DNA of 63,299 bases, counting the filler, from Choristocarpus tenellus KU-1152 (Eukaryota; Protista; Phaeophyceae), in the NCBI GenBank assembly GCA_964200185.2. It is 12 parts of 12 records of this genome, joined end to end, with 100 filler letters (N's around TTAATTAATTAA, not from the genome) between each part and the next. Parts side by side here need not be neighbours in the genome. Positions count along the whole stretch, not along the records: positions 1 to 10,726 come from CAXNAD020002756.1; positions 10,827 to 17,784 come from CAXNAD020006970.1; 10 more parts are not named here. One strand, written 5' to 3'. Every line of letters begins with the position of its first letter. Positions within the stretch are counted from its first letter, which is position 1. Below the pieces are notes generated by a model that had not been told where the DNA came from, made no database searches, and was given only the letters and a program-made list of their open reading frames with translations. Below, piece after piece: positions 1-12,080 of this stretch. The position numbers and the translations under genes were made by a program.

Positions 1-108
1 GATATTGACACTTCCTAACAATCACAATAGTCAAATTACATCAAAATCTCAACATTGGATTTTGCCCCCCAAAAGGACGCGACTCTACCCTCTAAGATAC
101 TTTGACTC
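1..108. mobile_element. MITE family A, partial (cut by window start)
   Basis: Ends TACCCTCTAAGATACTTTGACTC, the family A terminal inverted repeat (TIR); interior matches the copy at 502-760. Confidence 0.85.
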
Positions 109-171
109 ATGCGCATTAACAAATAAACACCATTAAAAAAAAGTGCTGCAATCGTTTCTATCCTATGCATG

Positions 172-347
172 ATTGATTTCCCAGCTCACCACGATTAATC
201 ACTAGATTCCACCATTGATTTTCCAGATCACCACGATTAATTTGTCGCTTCGACGATTGATTTACCAGCTCACAATGATTAATCAGTCACTTCGCCGATT
301 GATTTCCCAGCTCACCACGATTAATTACTCGATTCCACGATTGATTT
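172..347. repeat. 42-bp tandem repeat, about 4.2 units, built from two 21-bp subunits
   Basis: ATTGATTT(C/T/A)CCAG(C/A)TCAC recurs at 172, 214, 256 and 298, with a partial unit at 340. A related fragment lies at about 1031-1085. Confidence 0.85.
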
Positions 348-501
348 TGTGCAATATAGACTGATAGTCTATATGGTTTATACGTGTTTAGTGAACACTG
401 CTAGACAATAGGAATGTTGGCTAAGTGGAACAAGTGTCACTGACTTGTGATCGTGTGCGTAAAGTAATGAGTTCGACTGTCAGATGATCGACATCATATC
501 A

Positions 502-760
502 GAGCCAATGTATCTTAGAGGGTAGAGCCACGTCCATTTGGGGGCCAAAATCCAATGTTGCCATTTTTATGTAATTTTGGCTATTGTGTTTGTTAGGAAG
601 TGTCAATATCCTTGTTCCGGACACACCTTTTTATAACGTATACATTTTACCTTTTCCAATATGTTTTGGAGTAGGTGAAATGTCATTAAAAACACGTGGG
701 AAGCCTAGTCCCAAATGGACAAACAGGGAAAAACTCGTACCCTCTAAAATACTTTCACTC
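502..760. mobile_element. MITE family A (about 260 bp), complete
   Basis: TIRs GAGCCAATGTATCTTAGAGGGTA / TACCCTCTAAAATACTTTCACTC; flanked by ATCA on both sides (4-bp TSD). Confidence 0.92.
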
Positions 761-3060
761 ATCACTTGATATAAATGGACTGATGGAGGAGTTTTGACAT
801 AGAATTAGCTACACAGGATTGGTGGCATAGTACGATGTAACGGCAGGACACGTTTTGATGTGTCAGCTGATAAGTCAGCTGATATACGTAATAAACAATA
901 AGATAATGAGAGAGAGCACCCCCCACAACCAAGGGCTGTGCTCACTCCGCTAATAAACATATCCATACCACACAAAGCAAAATACTCTACTTGAGTAGTT
1001 CTCTTTTGCATAGATTTCCTAGGAATGCCATGATTAATCAGTTGCTTCGACGAGTGATTTCCCAGCTAACCACGATTTATTACTACCAAAAGGATATTGT
1101 ACCACATCAATTCTCTACCGCTTTTTTAGGGCATGCTTATGGGTGAAATAAATCGGGGTACCTGTTGTATGCATGTTCGAAGAGCGTTTGGACAGAGAGA
1201 CCCTTACGATTACAAACATACGCCCGCAAGGAAAACACACGACACCATCCAACACCACAACAAAGCAGTGTAACCTTAACCTACCCTACCCACCAATAAT
1301 GTCCAATGTACAGTATTGAACGCCCGACATGTGAAGAATACAACGAACAAGACGCTACACCACCAGCTTCATTGAACGACAAAATGGTGACAACCCTGGT
1401 TTGGACCTGCCTCTCAAGGCAGATTAGTAAGGTGGAACATGTGAAGATGAAATGTATATTAATATATCCAAGCAGGAGGGTTAGTGATGGATAAAACACC
1501 TCACGTTCTGCATCAGATACATTCGCATTTATTGAGGAAAACCGCCGAGAAGACAGACACTTTCAGCTGTTTACACGTCCATCCACGTTCCTCGCAACAG
1601 AGAGCTTCAAAACAGGCCACACATATGGACACACTGGGACACACCAAGCCGGTTAACCTCACATGCTATCCCTGCGAATCCTCAAATATACCCTTCAACC
1701 ATACCAATCCATTCACTGCACTACACCAACTCGCATTCACTCATGGAAAGTAGCCAGAACTATAACCGCATCTAACAACAGGTGATGCATACGGATACAT
1801 ATAGTCAGGAGTACAACACATTATTTCTGAGCCATGTTCGAGGGTAGTGCTGTTGATACGCTATGGATACCGCTGGTGGAGTAGATAATGCGATACGGAC
1901 CCAGTCATGGATTGGTGTCCAGTGATTAGTGCTGTCTTGTAGATTGAGCCAAACCAATTGAGAGGTATGCATGTTTAAACCCTTTTGCATTCTAAGGAGT
2001 CACCCATACCCTGTGCAATACACTTTATTCCATTGCATTATATTCACAATGATGTACGCCCAATTGTTGATTCTCCTTTTCCACGCACAGAGCGACACCA
2101 CAAATAGGCAAAGACTATTTCTACAGTTGTACAAAGTTATGTCACTTTGACCATTCTCGGGATCCTTCAAATGCAACCATGCCCACCTCTCGATTTGTTT
2201 GGCTCGGATATGCTTGTGATGCTGAAGACAAATTAAGTGGGTGATTCATACTAAGCTGGTGTGTGCAAAATTGCAAACCCCACACTGAAGGAAAGTAATG
2301 GGTGCCACCAGTTGTGAGCCCCATGAGTTGAGTCAATGGAATTGAGAGCATAAGCCCCTCGTAACACTGATATCTTATGTTCACATTCCACCACAAATTG
2401 TCCTCTACCAAGGTACACCGTTGATCATCATAACCGCGGTTCCACAGTGTGGAATACTTCAACGAGTCACACCTAGGCAAGTGAGCAGGTAGCCGAGAAG
2501 ACCAGGGAAGAGCCATTACATATAAAAAACAGGAAGAGTACCACCTTGCACGTAACCACCCCTGCACCTAGGTCCTACGCCATCACTGGGGATGATCACT
2601 TCCAGTACTTTGCGCAATTTCAACGACCATGCTGGGCGAGCTGCACATCCGATGGAGAAACCTTGCACAGATCCCAGCACAAGATTCCTTCACATTTGGC
2701 TGTATTCGTCCTGGCTGGGAGGAGGGCAGAGGAATAAGTACATGCAGCAAGGGTGGAGAAGTACATGCTTGCTCTATCCTGAAGAACTGTGTGAAGGAGT
2801 CCTCCCATGTTGTAGTCAGAGCTTGAGGAGACGAGGAGCGATTGGAAGTCCTCCCGATCAGTCATACCCATAGTTTGGATTTGATGCATCATTTGCACCC
2901 TTCGCCACCTCAAGACACGATTTGACCACAGTGTCCCAAATCAGTTATTCAACCGCAATTGAATCACGTAGTGAACTGAATTGTGATAACCAATGAGTTA
3001 ATTGAACAGTCAGGAAGAGAGATACAAACACCATATCCAACCGATATCCCGACTATTTCA

Positions 3061-3319
3061 GAGTCAAAGTGTCTTAGAGGGTACGAGTTTTGCCCTGTTT
3101 GTCCGTTTGGGGCTTGGCTTCCCACGGGTAGTTTACGACATCTTATCTACTCCGAAACATTTCAGAGAAGGTAAAATATATACGGTATGAAAACGTGTGT
3201 CCGGAACAAGGATATTGGCACTTCCTAGCAAACACGATGGCTTAAATCATTTCAAAATCGCAACATTGGATTTGGACCCCAAAATGAAGGTGGCTCTACC
3301 CTCTGAGGTACTTCGACTC
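3061..3319. mobile_element. MITE family A, opposite orientation
   Basis: GAGTCAAAGTGTCTTAGAGGGTA ... TACCCTCTGAGGTACTTCGACTC; flanks TCA/TCA. Confidence 0.9.
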
Positions 3320-4489
3320 TCAGGTATACCTTTGCGGTATAGTAGTTTCAATTTTTGATAACACTGGTTGCATCTGGTTACTCTGCCGACACAATATGGT
3401 GTTGTGGTGGCTGAAAAGGCTTTAGAGTATAACCACAATGACCGTAGCCCACGGAGGGTGCGCCCAAAGGCCAATCTCTGATTTTTCCACTTTGTTCACA
3501 ATCGGAGATGCCTTGCGGGAGGTCTGCCGTCCGTTCCCTCTTCAATCTTTGTGGGAATCACGTTTCATCCTCAGCCAGGCTGTGTGCAGTCTGCAAACTA
3601 TGGGCATAAATAAGGATGAACGCCAACCTATGCAGGAGATATTTTCAAGCACATTGTACTTTTGTGTACCTCCTCGAGCTTAGATCTTCCCTTGTTCAAA
3701 TCTCCGCACCAAACTGCCTGCTCGTACCCTACTCATCGACCACCAAATAGCCAAACAGCCAGCCTCCTTCACCTTGGTCCGGATAGAGGGAGGGAATGAC
3801 CGTGCCTCTGCCTCCGCAGAGATGGCAGGCATGTGAAATCCTTAGACCTGAACAATCGGGGGAGAGTTCTTGTTCCTCTTGGCTTCCTCAAATGCGTTTA
3901 TTACCAACGTTATGTGCTATTCTTGGACTCGGTATATAAAGCACAAACAACAACAGCTGATGGGACATGAAGAGTCAAAGGGCAAAAACATTATCGTACC
4001 CTTTTTGAGCAAGTTTATCGGCACCAATAATCGATGCATTGGTGGAGTCTAAGACCAGCTTGCAACACTGGCAATATCCGTGATCAAGGAAGCAGAGAGG
4101 AACTGAAACACTCTCCCGATCATCCAAGTCCAGGAATCTCACATTCCCACCATCTCAGTAGAGATAGAGGTGAGCATGGTACTCTCCTCTCTCCATCCGG
4201 ACCAAGGTGGAGGAAGTTGGCAGTTAGACTATTACTCCAGAGAGCTCCATATGTGTGGGCTTCACTCAGCAGTGAGATGTTGCTCACACTTCATACTCTT
4301 CCTTCTTGACTTGTCAACCCAAAAATTGAGTTAACGAATATAGTGGTACCGATATCTTATGCGTCTGGGGTTGTCCCATCATAACATTTGGTGCAGACAT
4401 TTAACAAATAAAAACATACTCGTGTTGCCCGTCACAATGCCCTCCAGAGTACGGGCTCCTTGTTTTTTTTCGCCGTTTTTTCTTTTTTT

Positions 4490-4975
4490 GAAGAACGATC
4501 GGTCATATTGGGGTTTGAAGCCCGGATTGTAGGTCACCAAGAGTGGTAACAGATGTACTATTACTATATTAAAGTATAGGGTTTAGAACGGAAAAAGGTC
4601 TCCCTACCCTTTCTTCCTATTTGTTCATGTACCCACTCTTTGACCTCGGCAAGGATGTCCTCCCCGAGGCCCATAATTAAACGCCTCTCGTCGCGCCCTT
4701 GCTCCGACACCTTGATGTGCACCCTTAGTTAGGAAGTCTCTCTCCCGTTTACTCACAGTTTCCTACCTGACCATTACATGTCCTGCTGCCATCTCAAGCG
4801 CTATTTGACAGTCTTTCCAATCGTTCAATACTCAGGTACAGGATTTGCAGTGTTAGAGCCTTTACTATCACATTTCCTCGTTGAGCGCCGGAAATGGGTG
4901 ACCCTTTTTCGGGATTCAGAGCCCTCGTAGCCCAATCCTAACACCTTCTTTCTCGTTTTCTAAGCCACTCCGACT
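4490..4975 (-). pseudogene. Degraded DNA-transposase-like fragment, homologous to 47140-48234
   Basis: Minus strand reads HIKVSEQGRDERRLIMGLGEDILAEVKEWVHEQIGRKG, with clear nucleotide homology to the 47.4-48.2 kb region. The transposase assignment rests on remembered motif resemblance only. Confidence 0.45.
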
Positions 4976-5970
4976 CACATAACTTCCAAACAGCTAGGGC
5001 AAACAGCTAGGGCCTGCTGCAACTGTCGACTACTAAAATGGTCTATACATGAGTTTTCGCTTAGACTTTTCATGAGCGCAATGGCAGGCATGCAGTCACA
5101 CTGCTCTCCTCCCCCCAGCCTTCTCTTTGGTCGGTCAGTCTGGTTCTCCCTTCGTCCACTGTGACTAGGCTTCCCCACAGACTTCATCACTGTACCACAC
5201 CTGGTGATGGACTCGCTGCTCTCTTCCTGCTTTCCCGAGCTGGCAGAGACTACAGAACAGTGCTCCGACGTGTTTGAAGATCCAACCACCTTTGTGTGGA
5301 AATACTTTCAATGAATCTTCTCTCAGCATCAACTTTCAATCCGTCAGCATCACAACCGTGTGGTCCATTCCGTGATTTAATCATTCCACTGCGCCACACT
5401 ACTCTCACTTTCTCATCACCTAACATTGCACTGAGTTTCACACGTTACTTGTTTTTCCAGTCCCTCTCGACAGAGAGCGTGCCGAGGGTACATCCAGAGG
5501 GCAGAGTGGGCTTGGTGGCTCTTCTTGTCTCACCGTCGTAGTTCATGTTGTTGTGTAAGTCACAGGTTTGTGTGCTCACAGAAAGTCTGCAAAAGGCGTT
5601 AAAAAAAGGAAATCTTGGGGATTTTTTCTGCTTTTTTTTCGGTGGGCCCCACCAGTCAACTTGGGTAGTAACCTGCCCTGGACCAGGTTTCTGCAAGGAG
5701 TTCAGTCAACCACTGCATTTTTGTACATTTTGAGTTGTGACCTTCAAACTTGCACCAGAGATATTCCCCCGAGTTTTTTTCATTATTTTATAGGGACATA
5801 AGTTACCGCTCACTGAAGTTTGTACACTCCTGCATACAAGCCTTCAACAGGTCTTGTCATAAGCTTTCATTTGATATATATATTGTATTTTTTGCGGCGA
5901 TACGGTGAAAAAAAGAAGAACTGCCACAGACGGGGAAGCTATTGGTACCACTTTACGAAATAAGTTTATC

Positions 5971-6789
5971 TGGTACAGCGCGCCCCTGAACTCACCTCCA
6001 CAGGATGTACAAACTCAAATCCAATGACCTTAAAACAACGCTATGGAGACGTTACCCTTGGTAACAGTTTGTGGGGTGTCAGATAGCCTTCTCTCTTGAT
6101 ATTCCACTCTGTGCTTAGCTCAGAGCTCGACTCGATGTTTCGTTCAAGATAAAAAGACTGGTAAAGGGGGTAAAAGTGTTTTTACTAAAAGTCCTCTTCT
6201 TATTTTCATCATCCACCCAATTTATTTGGTCTTCTATGCAACTGCTTTATACGTGCTCCAATCATAAACCTATATTCTGCAACTTCTTAGGAACTTTGAC
6301 ATTTTCATCTGTAATGTTACATATGTATTACCTATCTTACTCTGTATCTTCTACGAAATCAGCATTTATTCTGTAAGGCCATCAATGTGTTACTAATATT
6401 GTATATTGTTCGCACTTGTTAGAACGCAAGAAACAATCCTCGCCCTATTTGTCCGTCACAAACGTTCGTATTTGCTAAAACATGAGAAGAAATGCTCGCA
6501 CCATTCGCCTGTAATATGCCCCCTACCGTGAACTAGAAATACATGTTTCATGCTTACCACAGGCAATTGTCACCGTTGAAGACAATAGATATCATCAATC
6601 ACCTCAGATCATCCAGTGGCAAGAAAAATGGAAGCGTAAAAAGATACCGTACTCCTACTAGGTTGACAACATCTATCCTTAACTTGGGAAAAATCTGTCT
6701 GCATCTAGCCTAATCTGAGGATATATTCACTCTCTCTGAAGTGCAGCTTCCCTAGAGTGCCAAGTATAGTCTGATTATTGCCTGCCTCA
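5971..6789 (-). repeat. Probable 3' LTR of the Gypsy element
   Basis: 5971-6025 matches the LTR 3' end seen at 51380-51434 and 52310-52349. On the minus strand a G-rich PPT-like tract (GGGGGGCA) precedes TG at 6789. The 6789 boundary is uncertain. Confidence 0.45.
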
Positions 6790-7271
6790 TGCCCCCCAAC
6801 ACGTAGCATACTGACGGCTTCTAGTGCGTAAAACAGGCAATAACATCAACATCGACCTCCACCAAAAAGCGAATAGAAAAGAATAGTAAAAAAATAAAGG
6901 AGGCAAGGGACAGAGGAGGGAGAACTTAAGCAATGTACAGCAAAGAAAGTAAGGATGTATGGGGATAGTGGGGCTGACAGAAAGAAAATAAAACAAAAAA
7001 AAAGGAATAAAAAATAAGGACAAAAAAATTACAAGTAAAAAAAGGGAAAAAGAAGAAAAAGAGAAGAAAAAAAAGAAAGAAATGAGAAACAAAAGCACCC
7101 TATAAAAACTACTGCCTGGGCTGATATGGGTTACTACTCCATGTTTCTGACTTCTCCTGTCTTACGTTCTGTGGGGACTAGGACTGTCAACGTTTGATTC
7201 CTGTGTTTTTATATGAATCGGTTAGTCCTCACGTGCCTTGCCTTCTGGATGTATAGTGGTTACCTGTTGGA

Positions 7272-9588
7272 TCATTTTTGGGAGAAGCGATTCATTACGC
7301 TTTTGTTCATTTCCTCCCAATCCCCATCATTAAACAGTGAAAGTATCTTAGAGGGTACGAATTTTTCCCTGTATGTCCGTTTGGGGCTTGGCTTCCTGCG
7401 GGTTTCTTACAACATTTTCCTATTCCAAAATATCTCAAAGAGGGTAAAATATGTACGTTATGAAAAGGTGTGTACAAAACAAAGATATTGATACTTCCTA
7501 TCAAACATGATAGCCAAAACTACATCAAAATTGCAGTATTGGATTTTGCTCCCCAAAAGGACGCGGCTCTACTCTCTAAGATACTTTGGCTCAAACCGTA
7601 CTCTCCAGTAAGTTGACTTGAAGTCAAAAACTGTACCTGTGTACCACTTATCCCTTCCCTTCTCGTCTTTCCGCGACTTCTTGAGAGTGGTACCTGTGGG
7701 GAAAAGGCATAATGCATCCTCTTTAGACGGTTTTCCTTGGCGAGAGGTGTCAGTAGGACATGGGCTCGTGTCTGGATTATAGAGGTCCCAGAGGGCATGG
7801 AAGACATCTAACTGTATTTGGGTGAAGCTATCCATAGCCTCTTTCTCGGTTACCCAGTCTGACAACTCTCCATTCTGATACTTCCCCTGGTACTCTCAGC
7901 GCCATACATTGGATGGCGACAATATTACTTTGCTTTTAGTAATAGTGTGCATAGGGGTTGCTACTACGGATTGCTCTGATAGACCCAGGTCCGATTCCCA
8001 CACTAGTTGGGCGTATTCTTCTTGGAAGCTATGTCTCAGATGGATGGGCCTTACGTGGAAGGGTTTCACATAAGAAGCATGAACATTACAAGTGCGTGTT
8101 TGCCTACCCAGCAGTTCGACTGTCATGCTACTACTCTGATGTGAAATTTCCTTCACAGTCCACGGTCCCCTCCATCTTTAATGGACTTTCTGCCTACTCT
8201 TGTCTCACCTAGATTTCTCCCATGGATAGAGCTGTCTGCTTCTTTCACTAGAGCTAGGTCACCTGGTTTGGATCCAAGTCCTGGGGAAGACCTAGCATTT
8301 TAAGTACTGACTCTCTCTCTGTATTTCTGTCTTGTAGACATCCGTCTCTCCAGGACTTCTCGTACCTCCCTGAAGTTCTGTCTGCGTTGCTCAATAAAAT
8401 AATCCAATCCTCCAACCTCTATGTCCCCATCCAACTTCGGTATGACGGCATCTAGCTGTGTGCGGGGATCACGGCCAATCAAGACTCGGAAGGGGGTGGG
8501 GTTGAGGGGGTCAGATGGGTCTGGAGTAGTGCGCTGTGCCCAACATGCCAGAGAGACATACTCATCCCATCTATCTGGCCACTTCACACATAGTACCGAC
8601 AGGACTTCTAAAAGCGGACCTCCCAACTTTTCCACTCCCCATTGTCCTCTCGAGTTGCCAGTTGGTCCACAATTTATAGGGACCTTCAGTCAACGACAAA
8701 GGTGATTCATTATGTCTCCTGTGAACTCCCCTCCTGTATCACTACGAATTGACAGAGGGATCCCAAATGTAAGATATAATTCCAACGCGTTTGTTGCTGC
8801 TCCAGTTGCTTCCATTGATGCCATTGGGAATGCAAAAGGGAATCTCGAAGCTCTATCAATCGCAATTAATAGATAGTTATTGCCTTTTGCTGAGATGTGT
8901 CCCACATCTTGTAGATCCATCTCGAGTACATCCCATGGGTCCAGGAATTTGGCTGGCAGCATTACCACTTGTGCGCTCCTAGTCCTCTTTATTCTGCAAC
9001 AGCCACAGGGTGAAACATAATCATGCGTGTCTTTGTGGAGTGAGGACCAAAAGAAGTATCGACGGGTTAGGGCTACTGTGCGTCCAACTCCCTTGTGGCG
9101 AGTCTGCAGGTGTACTAGTGCTGTGATGTCTGACACTAGTGAACGAGGAACTGCTAGCCTAGGTGCATACTCTCCAGGGGTGTACCAGAGTAACTCCTTT
9201 ATCATCTAGGGAATATGACTCCACATCTATACTCCCTTTTCCTCATTCGAGTGACGACTTCCAGTGTTCTTGGTCTTCGAGTACACCCCGTATGCTGGCC
9301 AAGAATGGGTCTTTCTTCTGCCACTCCACTAGCTCTGGCACGTCTGAGAGAGTAGCCATTGCTCTCTTGAGATTGGGGTGGTGTTGAACCATCTCACTCA
9401 TTCGGACTACTCTGTCACTATCCTTCTTGTTCTTTGGTCTTGGTGTACTTTTGCGCCTTTTCTCGCACGGTGGCTTCTCTTCTCTTGCTTTTCTTTTTAT
9501 TTCTACCCTGTCTTCGAGGGTAGGGTCTAAAGGTTGCCAACCAAAAGTGTTAGTGGCGTTAAGCGGGGGAAGGAGCTGCCGTGGGGTG
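7272..9588 (-). mobile_element. Ty3/Gypsy pol remnant: integrase plus C-terminal chromo-like and Tudor-like domains
   Basis: H2C2 region (HLQTRHKGVGRT...FFWSSLHKDTHDYVSPCGC), rve core (DVLEMD...DRASRF...SIRSDTGGEF), WDEYV...TPFRVLIGRDPR and HASYVKPF. Frameshifts and stops are present. Confidence 0.9.
7336..7592. mobile_element. MITE family A inserted in the Gypsy integrase C-terminus
   Basis: Family A TIRs; flanks AAAC/AAAC. Removing it restores the frame YWRVRF-NDGDWEEM. Confidence 0.9.
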
Positions 9589-10330
9589 TGTGCAAATTAC
9601 CTTGGGAGGTAATGCTATTTGTTAGTAGTGAAGATAAGAAGGCGTGAAGCCTCACACGACCCCCTTTACTGAACTTGATTACATGGTTGAAGATTAGAAG
9701 AGAAGAGTGACCTTGGTGTGTTGTCTTCTCATTGCTTGTTTATTTATTTCTATCCAAGTCAACGGTTATGTCATAGTAGTTGAATGCGGAATAAATACCA
9801 ATACATAATCCCATACATAATCCGGATGTACTCTATCTCATTATTTACATCACATGGACTCAATTCAACACAATAATGTCATATACACAAAATAAGGTAC
9901 ACCTCAATATTGTCCTATTTTGCACACTCCCCCATGAGAGTGCAGGCAATGAAATGTTGCTGGAACTCTCAAACTAAAACATCTTATTGTGTGCACTCCC
10001 CATTCTGCACACTTGCCATGAAAATGGAAGTAAAAGACGTCAGATTGGTTCCATTCCCACACACATCACATTTATCTTGTCAACGCAATAAAAGAACACT
10101 GATTGCTTGAACTCAAACATACGTCATTCATCTAGTCAACACAGTGTCTACGAAGTCTTGTACATGCTTCTTTAGATGCATCAACACAGTGATGTACAAT
10201 CGTGTCCCATGATGACCCCTCGCTTAGTTTATGGTTAAAATTTGAACCAGTCCCCTTTTGCTGTTTCTCTTGTTGGACGTAGCACTCACTTCCCCAGACT
10301 TGAAGCCTATCATAATTGAATGTCTTGTAC
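9589..10330 (-). mobile_element. Internally deleted Copia: 3' LTR (9589-9926), PPT and integrase C-terminal fragment
   Basis: LTR bounded by TGTGCAAA...TTTGCACA, adjacent PPT GGGGGAG on the minus strand, and the LQVWGSECYV Copia post-integrase motif at about 10270-10305. Confidence 0.7.
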
Positions 10331-10597
10331 ATCCTCTTGTTGAGTGAAGTCCGGTGCCACCAATCCTTCCTCGCCAGGGTGCCTCTGATATGGAAGATAG
10401 TTCTTGATGGTCTGGAGTAGATATTATTTACTTCCCAGACTTACAAGTCTTGTACAGGCAGCCCATTACTGACAAACTTCCTCTGGTTTTCGTTTCTGAC
10501 TCCAACCCTGGTCCAGCTAATTCTTCCGCCTGTTAAGACGGTGTCACCCTCCTCTGGCGACAAACGATCTGAAGGTTTCTTTACCTCTCCACAGTTG

Positions 10598-10726
<129 letters not shown>

Positions 10727-10825
10727 NNNNNNNNNNNNNNNNNNNNNNNNNNNNNNNNNNNNNNNNNNNNTTAATTAATTAANNNNNNNNNNNNNNNNNN
10801 NNNNNNNNNNNNNNNNNNNNNNNNN
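10727..10825. other. Assembly linker N-TTAATTAATTAA-N (six-frame stop)
   Basis: The same roughly 100-bp linker occurs at about 10727, 17785, 23824, 27266, 34213, 38808, 42693, 48404, 51268, 57492 and 60446. Confidence 0.97.
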
Positions 10826-11970
10826 NGTTGTGAGATTTCACGTGACAGAAATGCACAGACTGTTACCATCAGTCAGACTAGGTACAATAAGAGTGTTTGT
10901 CAAAGATTTGGAATGGATGGGGCAAAGAAAAGGTCGGTACCCCATGATTTCTCAAGGACTCTAGACAAGAGTGAGAATAATCCAAGTGTTGATAAAAATA
11001 CACCGTACAGAGAGGCAGTTGATAGTTTGATGTGGGCATCTGTTATGACTAGGCTTGACATTGCAAATGCAGTTCGTGAAGTTGCCAAGTACAGTAGCAA
11101 TCCCAAAGTCACTCATTGGCGTGCAGTGAAATGTATTTTAGCATATTTGAATACGTGTCCCAGTGTTGGATTGAGTTTTGGTGGTTTTGATACTGAGTGT
11201 GAGTTGAGTGCATATGCTGATGCTAGTTATGCTGGAGACTGGAATGATCGTAGGTCAGTGACTGGAGCAGCAATTATGTTTGCAGGAGGAGCAATATCTT
11301 GGACATCAAAGGTGCAAAGAGTTGTAGCTTTGTCTTCCACAGAGAGTGAATACATAGCACTTAGTAGTGTGGCACAAGAATTACTTTTCTTGAGGAGTGT
11401 CTTTGAGTTTATTCAGCCACAGTTTCCTAGGCGTTGCATTGATTTGTTTGAGGATAATGCTGGTGCATGCAAACTAGTACGAAATGCCACAAGCTCTACT
11501 AGAACAAAGCACATACATGTCTGACATCATTTTTTAAGGGATTTGTCTAGAAAAGGAGAGATTCGTGTTGTTCTTGTTGGTACTGCAAACCAGAGGGCAG
11601 ATGTCTTGACCAAGAATTTGCCAGTTCGAGTTTTTAGACAACATGTGAAGTTTTATATGAACATGTGACACAACATTTGTTTTTGATTTGATTTTTTTTT
11701 TTATTGTTTGAGAGTTAATACTTGTTTTCAGCAAGGGGAGGATGTCGAATAACNNNNNNNNNNTATACAACATAGGTTATACGTACGTTTATATTTGGTT
11801 AGGTATGATACAGAGTATGTACGTATATAAAATACAATAAGTCAACATTAATCCACAAATCAGTGATGATGGATGGTTGACAGGCAATTAATAATTCAGT
11901 GTGTGCTTTACCATGTAATTCAACAGCTAGCTTCCGGCGACAAGCCTTATGTGCGTCAAGCTTCTCAACA
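10826..11970 (+). mobile_element. Ty1/Copia 3' part: RT C-terminus, RNase H, PPT and 3' LTR (11743-11970)
   Basis: PYREAVDSL, TRLDIANAV, YADASYAGD, RRSVTG, VALSSTESEY, EDN, RTKHI; PPT AAGGGGAGGA followed by TGTCG...CAACA. Confidence 0.95.
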
Positions 11971-12029
11971 GACACACCATTGCTGCCCTGCAAGACAATC
12001 AAATACTCATTATTCAAAATGCAAATGGA

Positions 12030-12080
12030 GAGTCAAAGTATTTTAGAGGGTAGAGCCACGTCCATTTGAGGGCAGTAATC
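12030..12080. mobile_element. MITE family A terminal fragment
   Basis: GAGTCAAAGTATTTTAGAGGGTAGAGCCACGTCCATTTG, then homology ends. Confidence 0.75.

Noticed and set aside
172-347. CRISPR-like repeat-spacer array
   Set aside because: The variable parts are only about 14 nt and related to one another; no cas genes; eukaryotic context.
1500-4330. Coding-like degraded sequence
   Set aside because: Probably an old TE, but no motif could be identified with confidence.
6787-7098. Phe/Leu-rich membrane-like ORF
   Set aside because: Low-complexity pyrimidine tract in the Gypsy 3' non-coding region.
10727-10825. Recurrent TTAATTAATTAA palindrome
   Set aside because: Artificial six-frame-stop scaffolding linker, always embedded in Ns.
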